A stretch of 64,000 bases of DNA from Bacteriovoracaceae bacterium. Lineage in GTDB: Bacteria; Bdellovibrionota; Bacteriovoracia; Bacteriovoracales; Bacteriovoracaceae. The stretch spans positions 320,001 to 384,000 of the forward strand of contig JBLWTJ010000001.1 of NCBI GenBank assembly GCA_048270185.1, read 5' to 3'. The translations under genes and the position numbers were made by a program. The number at the start of each line of letters is the position of its first letter. The first letter of the stretch is position 1. The notes beneath the pieces were generated by a model, which ran no database searches, was not told where the DNA came from, and worked only from the letters and a program-made list of their open reading frames with translations. Positions 39,125 through 49,683 of the stretch are shown here, piece by piece.

Positions 39125-41492
39125 GCTAATTCTCACAATTACACTTGTTTTTAGTCTTTCAATAAGCGCCTTTGTACCAACAAGTAATTTCGAACTCGAC
39201 CAAAGTGTCATCACAAATCAGTGTTTAAATACTGATGGTATCGACATTTTAGATGAAAAGAATTCTAGGGCCCTTTGTGAAATCGTAACAAACTCCCCTG
39301 CTTGTGAAAATGTCGAATATATTAAGAAGAGACAATGCGATCCGAGAAATCAGATCGAAGCAGGCGTACAAGTAGAGTTTATCTCATGCTTAAAAGGTAT
39401 CTGGGGATCGGCCGTTGAATTTATGAAATTCATTGGCTCTATCATTGATTATATTATTGATTCTGATACTCGTACAAAGAAAAATAAAGAATTAAAAGAT
39501 ACCTATAATTCGGCCAAGCACTTTCTTGCAATGGAGTGGTCTCGTGCCATGGATGAAACTGATGGTTGGGGACCAATGCATTATTATAATGCGGCAAAGG
39601 ATTTTTCGAAAACTATCGGCGATATAATTTATAATATGCTACAAGAGACTTATTATACAACCCAGGCCAATTATGCTTGTCTAAATCCTGTTGCAAGAAC
39701 GCAGGCCATTTGTCAGTTTGCAGGTGCAGTACTTATTCCTCCAACAATTGTCATGGCAAAGATCGCTAAATACCTAATAAAGTCGGGAGTTAAAGCGACA
39801 AAGCTTCTTAAAGTAAATATTGATACTAAATTATCGCAAAGAAAACTTTTAGATGCAGATGAATTAGCAAAAAATAAGGAAGACCTCGACATTGAGAAAC
39901 TGAATCAAGCAGAAGATTTTGATAAGGCCAGTACTCGTCATGAACTTGCGGCCCAAACGAACCTCTTAGAACGACTTGATCTTGCCATGGCGAAAGTTCC
40001 AAATGATAAACCAGAAAATCTTATTAAATTCTCTAATCTAAGCACAGATTCAATGAAGGATATGCTCGACAAATTGGGAGTTCCAAGCAGTCCTGCCAAT
40101 ATTATGAAAGATGGTATTGAAGTAAAGAGGCTTCACATTACAAAAGAAGACCTAGCAAAATCAAGTACTCCTATGGCCCAACGTATGCTTAAATTTCTTG
40201 AAGGATCAAATAATAAATCACTTGTCATTTCTCCTTATGAAATGAAGAAACTGGAAAAATATGGTCATACTCAGGACAATATCGCCTATGCTTCGGCCAA
40301 AGGTCTCTCATATATTTTTGACAAAACAGATGCGAAGAAATTAGCAGCGCAAAAGCCAAGTGCACACACTTTACAAATGATTAGTAAAAACTATAGTGAT
40401 CGATCAGTTGAAAGACTTGCTAAACAACTTAACGAAGAGGGATTTGCAGTTCGCGTGATCGAGAGAAAATCAAAAGATCCTGAAACTAAAGAAGTAAAAG
40501 TCGTTAAAGGATTACAATTTAATCGTTATGCAGCAGATAATAATAACCCTGCAGTGACAAGGCTTGAGAAGTTTAGAAATAAAGACTTCAGACAAAAAAT
40601 TGTCTTCTATCCAAATAGTCATTCAAGAGCATCAGGCTCCTCTAACAGAGACACTCGAACTGTTTCTTTTAACTTTGACAATCTTGAAGAACTCATCAAT
40701 GGAGGTCATACAAATACTGTCCCCCATGAATTTAGACATGCGAAATTTGAATATAATCGCTCTAAAGGTAAAGAGTCTCTATATGACTACCGAGTAACAG
40801 CACTTAAAGAAGATAGCGTACTTCACAGTGGTCGTACCTATACAAAGTACTTCTCAATGGAAGAAGTCTACAATCATTCACAAGATATATATAAAGTAGC
40901 AAGGAAACTAGATAAAGATCCAGAAATTAAGAAATCACTTGGTACTCTCTTTGGTAAATTAGATACCATCGAAAATATCTCAAAAGGTTTTAAAGCGCAA
41001 AATGAAGCACTTGACTTTAATTTCATGAGTAATATCAACGCTCAAAATCTTAAAGTAACAACATCAAGAGGAGCTAAGGTAATCAAGGTAGCAAAAGACA
41101 GTAATATATCGGTTGTTGTCGAAAAGAATGGTTACTACACAGTTCAAGTAGTTAATGGCGATGTTCATCACGCTATTCCAATCAGTTCACAACAAGGAAA
41201 AGCTGCTTTAGAAAAAATCTTTAAAAATATCGATATTGCAGATAGACAAGGAAACTTAGAAGAAGTGGCCAAGCAGACACGCTATATTACAGACATGATT
41301 AGAAATCGTAACAAGCAAAGAGAAAGACTAGTTGATGGCCTTGCTCCAAAGATTCAAGAATTAAAACATAAGATTCAAACGACAAGCTATTCAGATAAGA
41401 GCCTTGCCGAGATTAAAGAATTATCACGGCATATTTCTCAAATGGCCAAGGGACGCAACCCTACTTCAATGCCTCAACCGCCTGGTAAATAG
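39114..41492 (+). CDS. large secreted hypothetical protein with Cys-rich N-terminus and HExxH motif
   Basis: ATG 39114 with RBS GGAG; signal peptide; PHEFRH...EE. Confidence 0.75.
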   Translation: MTSKLILTITLVFSLSISAFVPTSNFELDQSVITNQCLNTDGIDILDEKNSRALCEIVTNSPACENVEYIKKRQCDPRNQIEAGVQVEFISCLKGIWGSAVEFMKFIGSIIDYIIDSDTRTKKNKELKDTYNSAKHFLAMEWSRAMDETDGWGPMHYYNAAKDFSKTIGDIIYNMLQETYYTTQANYACLNPVARTQAICQFAGAVLIPPTIVMAKIAKYLIKSGVKATKLLKVNIDTKLSQRKLLDADELAKNKEDLDIEKLNQAEDFDKASTRHELAAQTNLLERLDLAMAKVPNDKPENLIKFSNLSTDSMKDMLDKLGVPSSPANIMKDGIEVKRLHITKEDLAKSSTPMAQRMLKFLEGSNNKSLVISPYEMKKLEKYGHTQDNIAYASAKGLSYIFDKTDAKKLAAQKPSAHTLQMISKNYSDRSVERLAKQLNEEGFAVRVIERKSKDPETKEVKVVKGLQFNRYAADNNNPAVTRLEKFRNKDFRQKIVFYPNSHSRASGSSNRDTRTVSFNFDNLEELINGGHTNTVPHEFRHAKFEYNRSKGKESLYDYRVTALKEDSVLHSGRTYTKYFSMEEVYNHSQDIYKVARKLDKDPEIKKSLGTLFGKLDTIENISKGFKAQNEALDFNFMSNINAQNLKVTTSRGAKVIKVAKDSNISVVVEKNGYYTVQVVNGDVHHAIPISSQQGKAALEKIFKNIDIADRQGNLEEVAKQTRYITDMIRNRNKQRERLVDGLAPKIQELKHKIQTTSYSDKSLAEIKELSRHISQMAKGRNPTSMPQPPGK

Positions 41493-43080
41493 CTTCTGGA
41501 TTAATAATACCACCACTTTCACATGGAAGTTTTCCACTTGAAGGTATATAAGCTGTATCCATTATAATCTTTTTTAACTCCATTGGAGTAAGTTTAGGAT
41601 TTATTGCATGGGCCTTTAGAATGACATTTGTTACAAAAGGTGCGGCCATTGAAGTTCCATTTAGTGCGATCTCACCACCACCAGATTGTGCAGCAAGGAC
41701 ACCAGTACCAGGTGCAAAGATTTGAACTTTCTTCTTCCCATATTTAGAAAAGCTAGCAGGTCTATAAGTATCATACTTTCCTTCTTCTAGTGTTGCCGTA
41801 TTAAGCGCACCTACTTTAATCATATTCTCATAAGTATAGCTTGCCGGAAAATTATCATTTCCCTTTTGGTCTAAATCAAGATCACCACGGGCATTCCCCG
41901 CAGCAACGATAAAAAGTGTATCGGGATTATCAGTAAATACTTTTTCTAAGAAATGAAAAGAATCTCTAGGTGCCGACATTGGTGCACCAGGAAAGCCTAT
42001 AGCAAAACTCATATTGACAAATTTTACTTTCTTATTTGAAATGTACTCACCTGCTTTTTGCAGATGATCGGAAATAGCAACATCACCAGCAAAGCCAACA
42101 AGTCCATAATTATCAAGGTCACGAAGGGCAAGTGAGGCAACATGTGTTCCATGTGATACTGGATACGGTGTGTGAACAAGAGAATGTGTTTCACGGATAT
42201 TGCGATCATCACGAAGAAGACTTAAGCCTGCATCATCTTGTCTTTGCCAACCCCAAGAGTCATCAACTCGTCCATTACCATCGTTATCAATACCATCATT
42301 AGGATTATCGTATGGAGAATTATAGAGCTTATGCGTAAGCTCTGGGTGCATAATATCGAAACCAGTATCAATAATGACAACTGGTTCGCGATCTTTATTA
42401 TTAAAGACGGCCAAACGTCTTTTGTATTCATTTTGAGATAAATTGAATTTTTTTAATTGTGAAGCCACATCAAAATCACCATTCTCATGATACTCACCAA
42501 TTTTTAGACCTTCAAGAGTATAGGCCTTAAACTCAGTCACAAGATTTGCCATTGGTGCATCAAGATTATATTTTACTTCATAGTATTTTAAGATTTTTCC
42601 ATCGTTACTAAGAACATCAATTCGATAAGGCTTATACTCATCTTCTCGATAGTGACGTATCCCTTGTTGTTTTAGAGAAGATTGAGAAATGACCCAATCT
42701 TTTAAAATGATGGGATCATCAAAGTCACCAGCTAATTCTTGCTTGGCCTCAAGTTTTCCTGCAAGCTCACCATTAGTTCTAAATTGTTCTTTGATGAAAT
42801 GACCGTTATCTAAATACTGATATGTCGCATGAAAGGTATGAATACCATCAACGCTCCAAGAGTCTTCGATAATAATTCGGCCTTGAGAGTCAAAGCGATC
42901 TGAACCAGTAAGCGCACCTGTCTTTATATAGTATTCCTTGGCCGCAAAAAGATTAGCATCACGACATTCATAATGTGTTCGCCAACTCCCACTTGTTTCA
43001 ATAAGTTGGTCAGGACATTTTGCAGCAAGAGAAAGGAAAGGCACAAGTGCCATAAGAAGTATTTTAGGTGCTTTATTCAT
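41461..43080 (-). CDS. secreted subtilisin-like (S8) serine peptidase
   Basis: IIDTG, HGTHVA, AAGN, GTSMAAP; DGIDNDGNG.VDD Ca insert. Confidence 0.92.
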   Translation of the reverse strand: MNKAPKILLMALVPFLSLAAKCPDQLIETSGSWRTHYECRDANLFAAKEYYIKTGALTGSDRFDSQGRIIIEDSWSVDGIHTFHATYQYLDNGHFIKEQFRTNGELAGKLEAKQELAGDFDDPIILKDWVISQSSLKQQGIRHYREDEYKPYRIDVLSNDGKILKYYEVKYNLDAPMANLVTEFKAYTLEGLKIGEYHENGDFDVASQLKKFNLSQNEYKRRLAVFNNKDREPVVIIDTGFDIMHPELTHKLYNSPYDNPNDGIDNDGNGRVDDSWGWQRQDDAGLSLLRDDRNIRETHSLVHTPYPVSHGTHVASLALRDLDNYGLVGFAGDVAISDHLQKAGEYISNKKVKFVNMSFAIGFPGAPMSAPRDSFHFLEKVFTDNPDTLFIVAAGNARGDLDLDQKGNDNFPASYTYENMIKVGALNTATLEEGKYDTYRPASFSKYGKKKVQIFAPGTGVLAAQSGGGEIALNGTSMAAPFVTNVILKAHAINPKLTPMELKKIIMDTAYIPSSGKLPCESGGIINPEAIYQAVEALK

Positions 43081-43154
43081 GGAAGAAATATAGCATTTTA
43101 CATAATTTGATAGGGCCTAATTGAAAGCATTACAAGCAGTGATCAATAATTAGA

Positions 43155-46100
43155 CTAGCCTTTTATATCGTTTAACTCTCTGATTTTACTTTCATATTCT
43201 TCAAGAAGCTCACTTGAACCTGTCTGTTCAAATTGTTTGGCAAGCTTTTCCATTGAGTATTTAATAAGATTTTTCTTATCATAAACAGATGCCGTTGAGC
43301 GGGCAACAAGAACAGGCCCAAGAATCGCTCTCACATCATCGGCAAGACGTGGATCGCGAATTGATTTAATTTCGTGATTTCTTATATCTGAAATGAAATT
43401 AATCGTTTGCTCATCAACTTCAGAGTTTTCGATATCAAATAGAGCACGTTTAAGTGCATTTCTTATTTTTTCAATATTCTTAGCGTCTTTGTAATGTGTT
43501 TCTAATTGTGCAATTTCGAAATTAAGTTCATCAACTGCCCCTTTGATTGTAGGGCCATCAAAATTTATTGGAGGTTTTGGGCGATACTCTGGCATATGAT
43601 TAATAATCTTCATGGTATCACTTGCAAGTCTCTTAATTTTTTTACGACTCTTTCCACCGCCAAAAGTTGCAGTATAGCTAATACAAAATGCAGGGTCTTT
43701 AAAATCATTATTTGCACCGAAAGAAAGTGATAGTCTTGAGTTATCACTTATTTTCTTACTGTATGCAAAAGATGCACCTAGGCGTCCAGGACTTCTCCCT
43801 CCATTATAGTAAGCGGCATCTGATCTTAATGCCTCTTGGTCAATTGCATATGAAGTGGTATCAACAGAGAGCCCTCCGTAGAAACTATCACCATCTGCAT
43901 AATCCTTCTTTAAGTAGAGATTCACAGTCCCAGGAATACGTCCATTCTTTGCCATATCAACACCAAAAACTTTTAATACACCTCGGCCATTTGTTTGATA
44001 ACTGTATTCAGAGTCGCCTGAAAGCATGAGACCCACTGACGTACGATCACCCTTATCGCTCTCATAGAAAAGACCTGCACCAAAAGTCTTTGCTTTATCA
44101 CGACTTCCCCCAAGTCCTAGATGATAACCTGGATCAAAGAAGTCCTGATCTTGATACATCATTTCAATACCAACTCCAGCAAGATTTGGAGTACGAGCGA
44201 TAATCATTCCACCATTACTAATATCAAGCCATGATGTAATCTCATTGGCAGAAACAACACTTGAGATGATTTCAAGGTGGTTCATATAATTTTGACCTTT
44301 TGGTGTTACCATTAATTCAGCAACAGCATCATCACCTTCTTTCTTTGATTCAAGAGTGAATGGAAAGAGTTTTACTTTTACTTTATCACCTTCAATAAAC
44401 TCGGCCCTTACAAAATATGTTCCATTTTCTTTATCTTGCTGAAATGAAAAAGATAATTTCTTACCACCATTCTCAGAACCCTTGGCCTCAAATGAAATAG
44501 CATCTTTTAGAAAACTTGGACCGGCCTTGAATTCGACGTTATCGATTCGCCCTTTATTTCCATTTGGCCCGTCAACGGTACCAATTTCAAAATAGTGACT
44601 GACTGTTTTTCCATCATTACTGACTCGTGACTGAGAACCTGCCACCATATTCTTCCCTTTTAAGGCAAAGCTTGCTTCAGCGGCAACTGGAGACTTTGTT
44701 TTATCTATATTGACGCGTCCACGTAGGTCGGCATTTAGAATGATATTTGATCCACTGTCTTTATCTTGCAGAAACTCTAAGACACCCACATTGATATTTG
44801 CCTTAATACCATTAGTTGGATCTTCTGCTTTAATGACAGATTTATCAACAAGTAGGTACGTTTGATCTTTACTTTGGATCGCGACAATTTTATCAGCATT
44901 GATACTTGCACTGATCTGACTATTTAGATCCTGAATATTTACATTATTTAAATCATCAACTTGGATACTCTTAAGGTTTTGACTATCAATAAGACTAATA
45001 TTACCAGCTTGCCCTGATGCCTTCACCATACTGTCGTAGTTGATGGCCACTACGTCGAGATCCTTACCTTGAAATAACGTTGTCGTCTCACCTTTTGTAT
45101 TGGTAATTTGAGCAAGATCGGCCTTCGAGAAGGCCAGCGATGCATCGTTGCTCTTATCGATATAATTAATTTTTCCATCTGCTGCTGAGACTAATTTATA
45201 CTTACCATCAAGGGACTCGATTGAAGAGATTGATGCAATATTGAAATTTGCAAGAGCATTGCTTTCAGGATTAAAGCCTGTGACTTGCCCATCGATATTT
45301 TTCGCAAGCACACTTCTAAAGTCTTCATTTTGAAAGTAATTCACAGAATCAAGTAACACATTAGCATGGACATTATTTTTGTCTTTACCGTCTAGTTCAA
45401 CTCGACTTCCATCTTTGGCGTATATATTATAATTCTTATTAATTCCATCATCATAAATTTGAATTGAATACTGCCCTTCATTGCCATTTGCATCTTTTGC
45501 GGTAATATTGACGACAAAATCATCATTAGTAACACTTGTCTTTCCAAGATCTCCTTGAGCAATCGTGACACCTGTATCAGAGTTGTTATAGACGCTTATA
45601 TTAGAGTCACCTAAATCAAATTTTGTTCCACTACTATGAGTTGCACTTATATTTCCACCAGTAATTTGGGCCGCACTGGTAGCGCCTTGACTAGCAAAGT
45701 TTAAATTTGAAAAATTCCCATTGGCATTTATGTCAGAATTAACATAGTTGATATGACCATTAGAGACACTCGCAGCACTGGTATTTCCATTTTTTATATA
45801 AAGCGCATTTTCAGCGCTAATATTGGCAACTTCACCAGTACCAATTGACGTTAATTTCAACCTACCATCACTTAATTCAAAGTATTTATATTTGCCATCG
45901 ATCGATTCAACGCCCTCAATTCTTGCGACGTTAAACTCCGCAAGCTCTCCAGAGTCGCCTTTTACCTCACTCAATTCACCATTTACATTTGATGCCAGAA
46001 AAGATTTAAAATTATCATTTTGGAAATACTCAATAGATTCAAACAGGGCCTTTGCGTGGCGGTTATCTTTGTCCGAACCACTAAGTTCAACTCGACTGCC

Positions 46101-48269
46101 ATCTTCAGCAAAGACTTTATAACTTTGATTAACACCATCATCAAAAAAGAAAATTTTAAATTTCCCCTCAACACCATTCTCATCTTTTGCGATTATATTA
46201 ACACTGTAATTAACTTCTTGCGCTTGAATCTTTCCTAGTTCGGCCTGTGCACTTGTTACACCTTCTTTCTTATCATTATAAAAAACAACATTTGCACTTT
46301 CGATTTGAAAATTCTTATTTCCTTGTTGCGCTTTAATTGTTTTTGCATCAACTTCACCATATTTAATACTTCCGGCATCAACAACGCTTGTATTAATACT
46401 ATCATTACTTAAGTCAAGGCCATTTCCACTATACTTAATACCATTTGAAGAATGATCAAAGCGATAGATACTCCCTTCTTCATTTGTGCCAAGAAATTGT
46501 TTTGATGTTGTCGAACTCTCAACCTGAGCATGGTGTCCACTTCCTGAAATACTAGCTTTATTAATTGCTATTTCTTGATAAAGAACTTTTCCATTTTTGT
46601 CGGTTTCATTAACTGCACCAAAACCTTCATTAATATCTACTTTGTAGTCACCTGTTTTAATACTGCCTTTTTGACCTGAAGCAGTTGAGATCTGACCACC
46701 ATCGTAGAATTTCATATTTCGGATGACGACACCACCATCAACACTTGCTTCGCTATCTGAGTTCTTAATTGTTGCATTATTTCCTATGGCAATTGTATCT
46801 TCTTTAATCGAGCGGCCATTAAACTTTTCGGCACTGGCCTCATCCTTAGAAGACGTATGCATAGCTGCAATATCATTTAACTCTAACTCAACCTCTCCAT
46901 TGCTAAAATAAGCATGGGATGACATTGCTTGATATTTTGCACTCTTATCATCTTCTTGCATTGCAAGTCTTAAATCATTAGCACTAATTTTTTGACCACC
47001 ACTTGTCGTTGCCGAAACATTATCAGCGCGAAGTAAGGCATTGCCTTCTTTCTTACTCTTATCATAAACTCCAACAGCATAGAGACCTGTAAGACTCGTT
47101 GTGTTTGTCTTACCATCTTTTGAAGTCGATTTAACTTCAAGAGATTCACTTCCAACTTCAAAGTTCACAGCTCCATATGGGTCAACTTTATTATTTTCTT
47201 TATCAACAACAACGCCCTGTGAAACATTCAAAAATGTTTGACCAGTTGAAGAAATTTCTGTTGTCTGGTTAGGGTCTCTCTTATCAATGATTGATACTTG
47301 AGATTTCTTTCCATTATTATCAACAGGAGCAATTGCTAGAGAAAGGCTAGCTCGACTTTCATCAAGACTAAAGTTCGCTCCCATAGCAGACGTTGTATCC
47401 ACAATAAGACTATTATCACTATAAGGATCAGAATTATAAGTAATACCACTCGTTGTCGCTGCTCCAATATTAAGATTCATTTGCTCGTCATTCTTGAAAG
47501 TTATATGTGAAGCGACGCCACCATCTTTAACTGCAAATTTCACACGTGAATCATTAGGATCGCTAGGATTTGTTACAGTATGAGTTAGTTTTGAAGTACC
47601 AAGTGTGATGGCAACATTCTTACTATCATTAAAACTCTTTGGTATATCTGGGCCGAATTTAGTCTTGTTGTTGCTTTCTTTTCCAATAGAAACTTGAAAT
47701 GTTGTATCCCCTGCATCAGTTTCAGCAGTCGTAAAATTAGTTTCAGAATCTTTAGAAGTGATTTTTAGATCTGATGCCTGTCCTGTCGCAATATTTAGAT
47801 TCTTCCCTTGTGTATAATCAAAAGTTAGTTTTTCAGAAGAAACAATCTTTCCACCAACCATCGTAACGAATGGTTCAATTGTACAAGTTCCCTTCTTCTT
47901 ATTTTTTACCTCACAAGTAACATTGCTCGATCCATCAATCTGCTCAGGTGTAAGTTGGAAATTATAACTTCCATCTTCATTTTCAATAATTGAGTACTCA
48001 CCACTACCTGGTATAGTAATTGTGTTCTTGTCATCTTCTTGCGAGTAGCTAATATCAATTAAGTCGTATCCACCCTCATCGTTTTTGACAGGAACTTGAA
48101 TTGTTACATCTTCATTTGATTTGTTCTTATCTTCTTTTTTAGCTTTTTCAATAATGACTTCTTTCTTCTCATCACTTAAATCTGGAATAACAAAAATGGC
48201 CACGGAAGACTTGGATTGGGCCATGACAAATGAATGCAATAAAAGTATTGAAATTAGGATCTTCCTCAC
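43155..48269 (-). CDS. giant secreted beta-rich hypothetical protein (1704 aa)
   Basis: GTG start, signal peptide, uninterrupted ORF, internal duplication. Confidence 0.85.
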   Translation of the reverse strand: MRKILISILLLHSFVMAQSKSSVAIFVIPDLSDEKKEVIIEKAKKEDKNKSNEDVTIQVPVKNDEGGYDLIDISYSQEDDKNTITIPGSGEYSIIENEDGSYNFQLTPEQIDGSSNVTCEVKNKKKGTCTIEPFVTMVGGKIVSSEKLTFDYTQGKNLNIATGQASDLKITSKDSETNFTTAETDAGDTTFQVSIGKESNNKTKFGPDIPKSFNDSKNVAITLGTSKLTHTVTNPSDPNDSRVKFAVKDGGVASHITFKNDEQMNLNIGAATTSGITYNSDPYSDNSLIVDTTSAMGANFSLDESRASLSLAIAPVDNNGKKSQVSIIDKRDPNQTTEISSTGQTFLNVSQGVVVDKENNKVDPYGAVNFEVGSESLEVKSTSKDGKTNTTSLTGLYAVGVYDKSKKEGNALLRADNVSATTSGGQKISANDLRLAMQEDDKSAKYQAMSSHAYFSNGEVELELNDIAAMHTSSKDEASAEKFNGRSIKEDTIAIGNNATIKNSDSEASVDGGVVIRNMKFYDGGQISTASGQKGSIKTGDYKVDINEGFGAVNETDKNGKVLYQEIAINKASISGSGHHAQVESSTTSKQFLGTNEEGSIYRFDHSSNGIKYSGNGLDLSNDSINTSVVDAGSIKYGEVDAKTIKAQQGNKNFQIESANVVFYNDKKEGVTSAQAELGKIQAQEVNYSVNIIAKDENGVEGKFKIFFFDDGVNQSYKVFAEDGSRVELSGSDKDNRHAKALFESIEYFQNDNFKSFLASNVNGELSEVKGDSGELAEFNVARIEGVESIDGKYKYFELSDGRLKLTSIGTGEVANISAENALYIKNGNTSAASVSNGHINYVNSDINANGNFSNLNFASQGATSAAQITGGNISATHSSGTKFDLGDSNISVYNNSDTGVTIAQGDLGKTSVTNDDFVVNITAKDANGNEGQYSIQIYDDGINKNYNIYAKDGSRVELDGKDKNNVHANVLLDSVNYFQNEDFRSVLAKNIDGQVTGFNPESNALANFNIASISSIESLDGKYKLVSAADGKINYIDKSNDASLAFSKADLAQITNTKGETTTLFQGKDLDVVAINYDSMVKASGQAGNISLIDSQNLKSIQVDDLNNVNIQDLNSQISASINADKIVAIQSKDQTYLLVDKSVIKAEDPTNGIKANINVGVLEFLQDKDSGSNIILNADLRGRVNIDKTKSPVAAEASFALKGKNMVAGSQSRVSNDGKTVSHYFEIGTVDGPNGNKGRIDNVEFKAGPSFLKDAISFEAKGSENGGKKLSFSFQQDKENGTYFVRAEFIEGDKVKVKLFPFTLESKKEGDDAVAELMVTPKGQNYMNHLEIISSVVSANEITSWLDISNGGMIIARTPNLAGVGIEMMYQDQDFFDPGYHLGLGGSRDKAKTFGAGLFYESDKGDRTSVGLMLSGDSEYSYQTNGRGVLKVFGVDMAKNGRIPGTVNLYLKKDYADGDSFYGGLSVDTTSYAIDQEALRSDAAYYNGGRSPGRLGASFAYSKKISDNSRLSLSFGANNDFKDPAFCISYTATFGGGKSRKKIKRLASDTMKIINHMPEYRPKPPINFDGPTIKGAVDELNFEIAQLETHYKDAKNIEKIRNALKRALFDIENSEVDEQTINFISDIRNHEIKSIRDPRLADDVRAILGPVLVARSTASVYDKKNLIKYSMEKLAKQFEQTGSSELLEEYESKIRELNDIKG

Positions 48270-48275
48270 AATTAT

Positions 48276-48302
48276 TTATCGGAATGAGTAAGCCTAATCT
48301 TG
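48276..48302 (-). promoter_or_regulatory. sigma28-like promoter
   Basis: CAAG-N15-TCCGATAA, 6 bp before GTG 48269. Confidence 0.55.
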
Positions 48303-48332
48303 AGTATTTAAGTCGGTGTATTGATTAAAAAG

Positions 48333-49238
48333 TTATCGAGGGCCACATTTGAGAAAGATATTGCGAATGACGTGAATATTTTGACGAGCATAATTAGCTA
48401 AGTGTTTAAGATTATATTTAACCTGCTTCTTACGAGCACTGGCCTTTGTATTATCAGAGGGTGCATTAGTCCAATTGAAAATAAGGCCATGCTGGCGATT
48501 CAGATTCTTACTAGTAATATAGCTGCCACCGTAAACGAATTCAGGTCGATCACCTCCGCCGTAAGATCTAAGACCTCTAAGGTAATTTTTAACCTTTGCT
48601 ATGACCTCAGTCTTTGTTCCCTCGAAGCGATACCCATCTCTAAATTCATCACCATATGAAGTTACAGTAAAAACAATTTTAGCGTCCTTAGGAAGATCTT
48701 GATAGATATAGTCGATATTGGCCAAGAGCTTAGAGATGTTCTTACCCTGACTCTGGGTTGTATCCACGGCCAGGCCTAGGCCATAAATATTTAAAAGATC
48801 TGGCCTAGTACGGTTAACATCGGCACGCATTTGTTTAATTAGATCGTCGATATTACAGCCACGAGAGCTCTTCATAGAATAATCTTTAGCACCAGAGGCA
48901 GGAAAGCCTGGAACACGCCAAGTATCAAGTTGAACAGTACCTATTTTCATGATCTCTTCAACATTCTTACTTAAAGCATCAGCAACATCTGAAGAACTAG
49001 GATTTGCTCCGCAGGATTGAATGGCCATTTCTTGGAGTTTATCGACCTTGATTGTAATCTTTGACTTTACATTGAATTGACGTAAGTAATTTTGAATTTC
49101 AGCTGTTGAACTTGTCGCCTGCAGGCCTTTCTTTTTAAGACAATTATCAAGATCTTCAATACTTCTAATTGAGTTCTGGCATGAGTTTGCTTTTGACGTA
49201 ATTGAAAATAGAATCGACAGTAGAATGAATGCCTTCAT
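48333..49238 (-). CDS. secreted vWA-domain protein
   Basis: LAVDTTQS (MIDAS-like), GGGDRPE, W/TN strand; start refined to MKAFILL. Confidence 0.7.
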   Translation of the reverse strand: MKAFILLSILFSITSKANSCQNSIRSIEDLDNCLKKKGLQATSSTAEIQNYLRQFNVKSKITIKVDKLQEMAIQSCGANPSSSDVADALSKNVEEIMKIGTVQLDTWRVPGFPASGAKDYSMKSSRGCNIDDLIKQMRADVNRTRPDLLNIYGLGLAVDTTQSQGKNISKLLANIDYIYQDLPKDAKIVFTVTSYGDEFRDGYRFEGTKTEVIAKVKNYLRGLRSYGGGDRPEFVYGGSYITSKNLNRQHGLIFNWTNAPSDNTKASARKKQVKYNLKHLANYARQNIHVIRNIFLKCGPR

Positions 49239-49347
49239 ATGAACAATCATAACACAAATATGTCCACAATCGGCCAATCGTTTTAAAGACCGACTTCTTC
49301 CTCATTGTTTATATTGGTCAGTATGAATGAAATCGGTTTAGAAGAAG

Positions 49348-49623
49348 TCACCCAATGAGAAACTCCTTGTAATTCGAATTAGCAGGCTCTTCAATTAATC
49401 TCAAGTTTTCAACTATGGCCGTTTCTGGACCTACTTTTAAAAACTCTTCGAGATTAGTAATATCTTCTAACTCTCCACTAGCAAGAACTTCTACTGTTCC
49501 GTCTTTCATATTCTTTACGTAACCAGTTAATCTTGGCAAGTGCTTATGGACGTACTCGAAAGTACTCTTGCGAAACCATACACCTTGAACGACGCCCTCG
49601 ACGCGATATCTTCGATTTATCAT
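49348..49623 (-). CDS. acyP: acylphosphatase
   Basis: GVVQGVWFR, GYVKN..DGTVE. Confidence 0.92.
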   Translation of the reverse strand: MINRRYRVEGVVQGVWFRKSTFEYVHKHLPRLTGYVKNMKDGTVEVLASGELEDITNLEEFLKVGPETAIVENLRLIEEPANSNYKEFLIG

Positions 49624-49683
49624 GGATCTATTTTAACATGAGCTGAATATTTTCAGTGGGTAAATTTATGTTAAAATGTGCTC

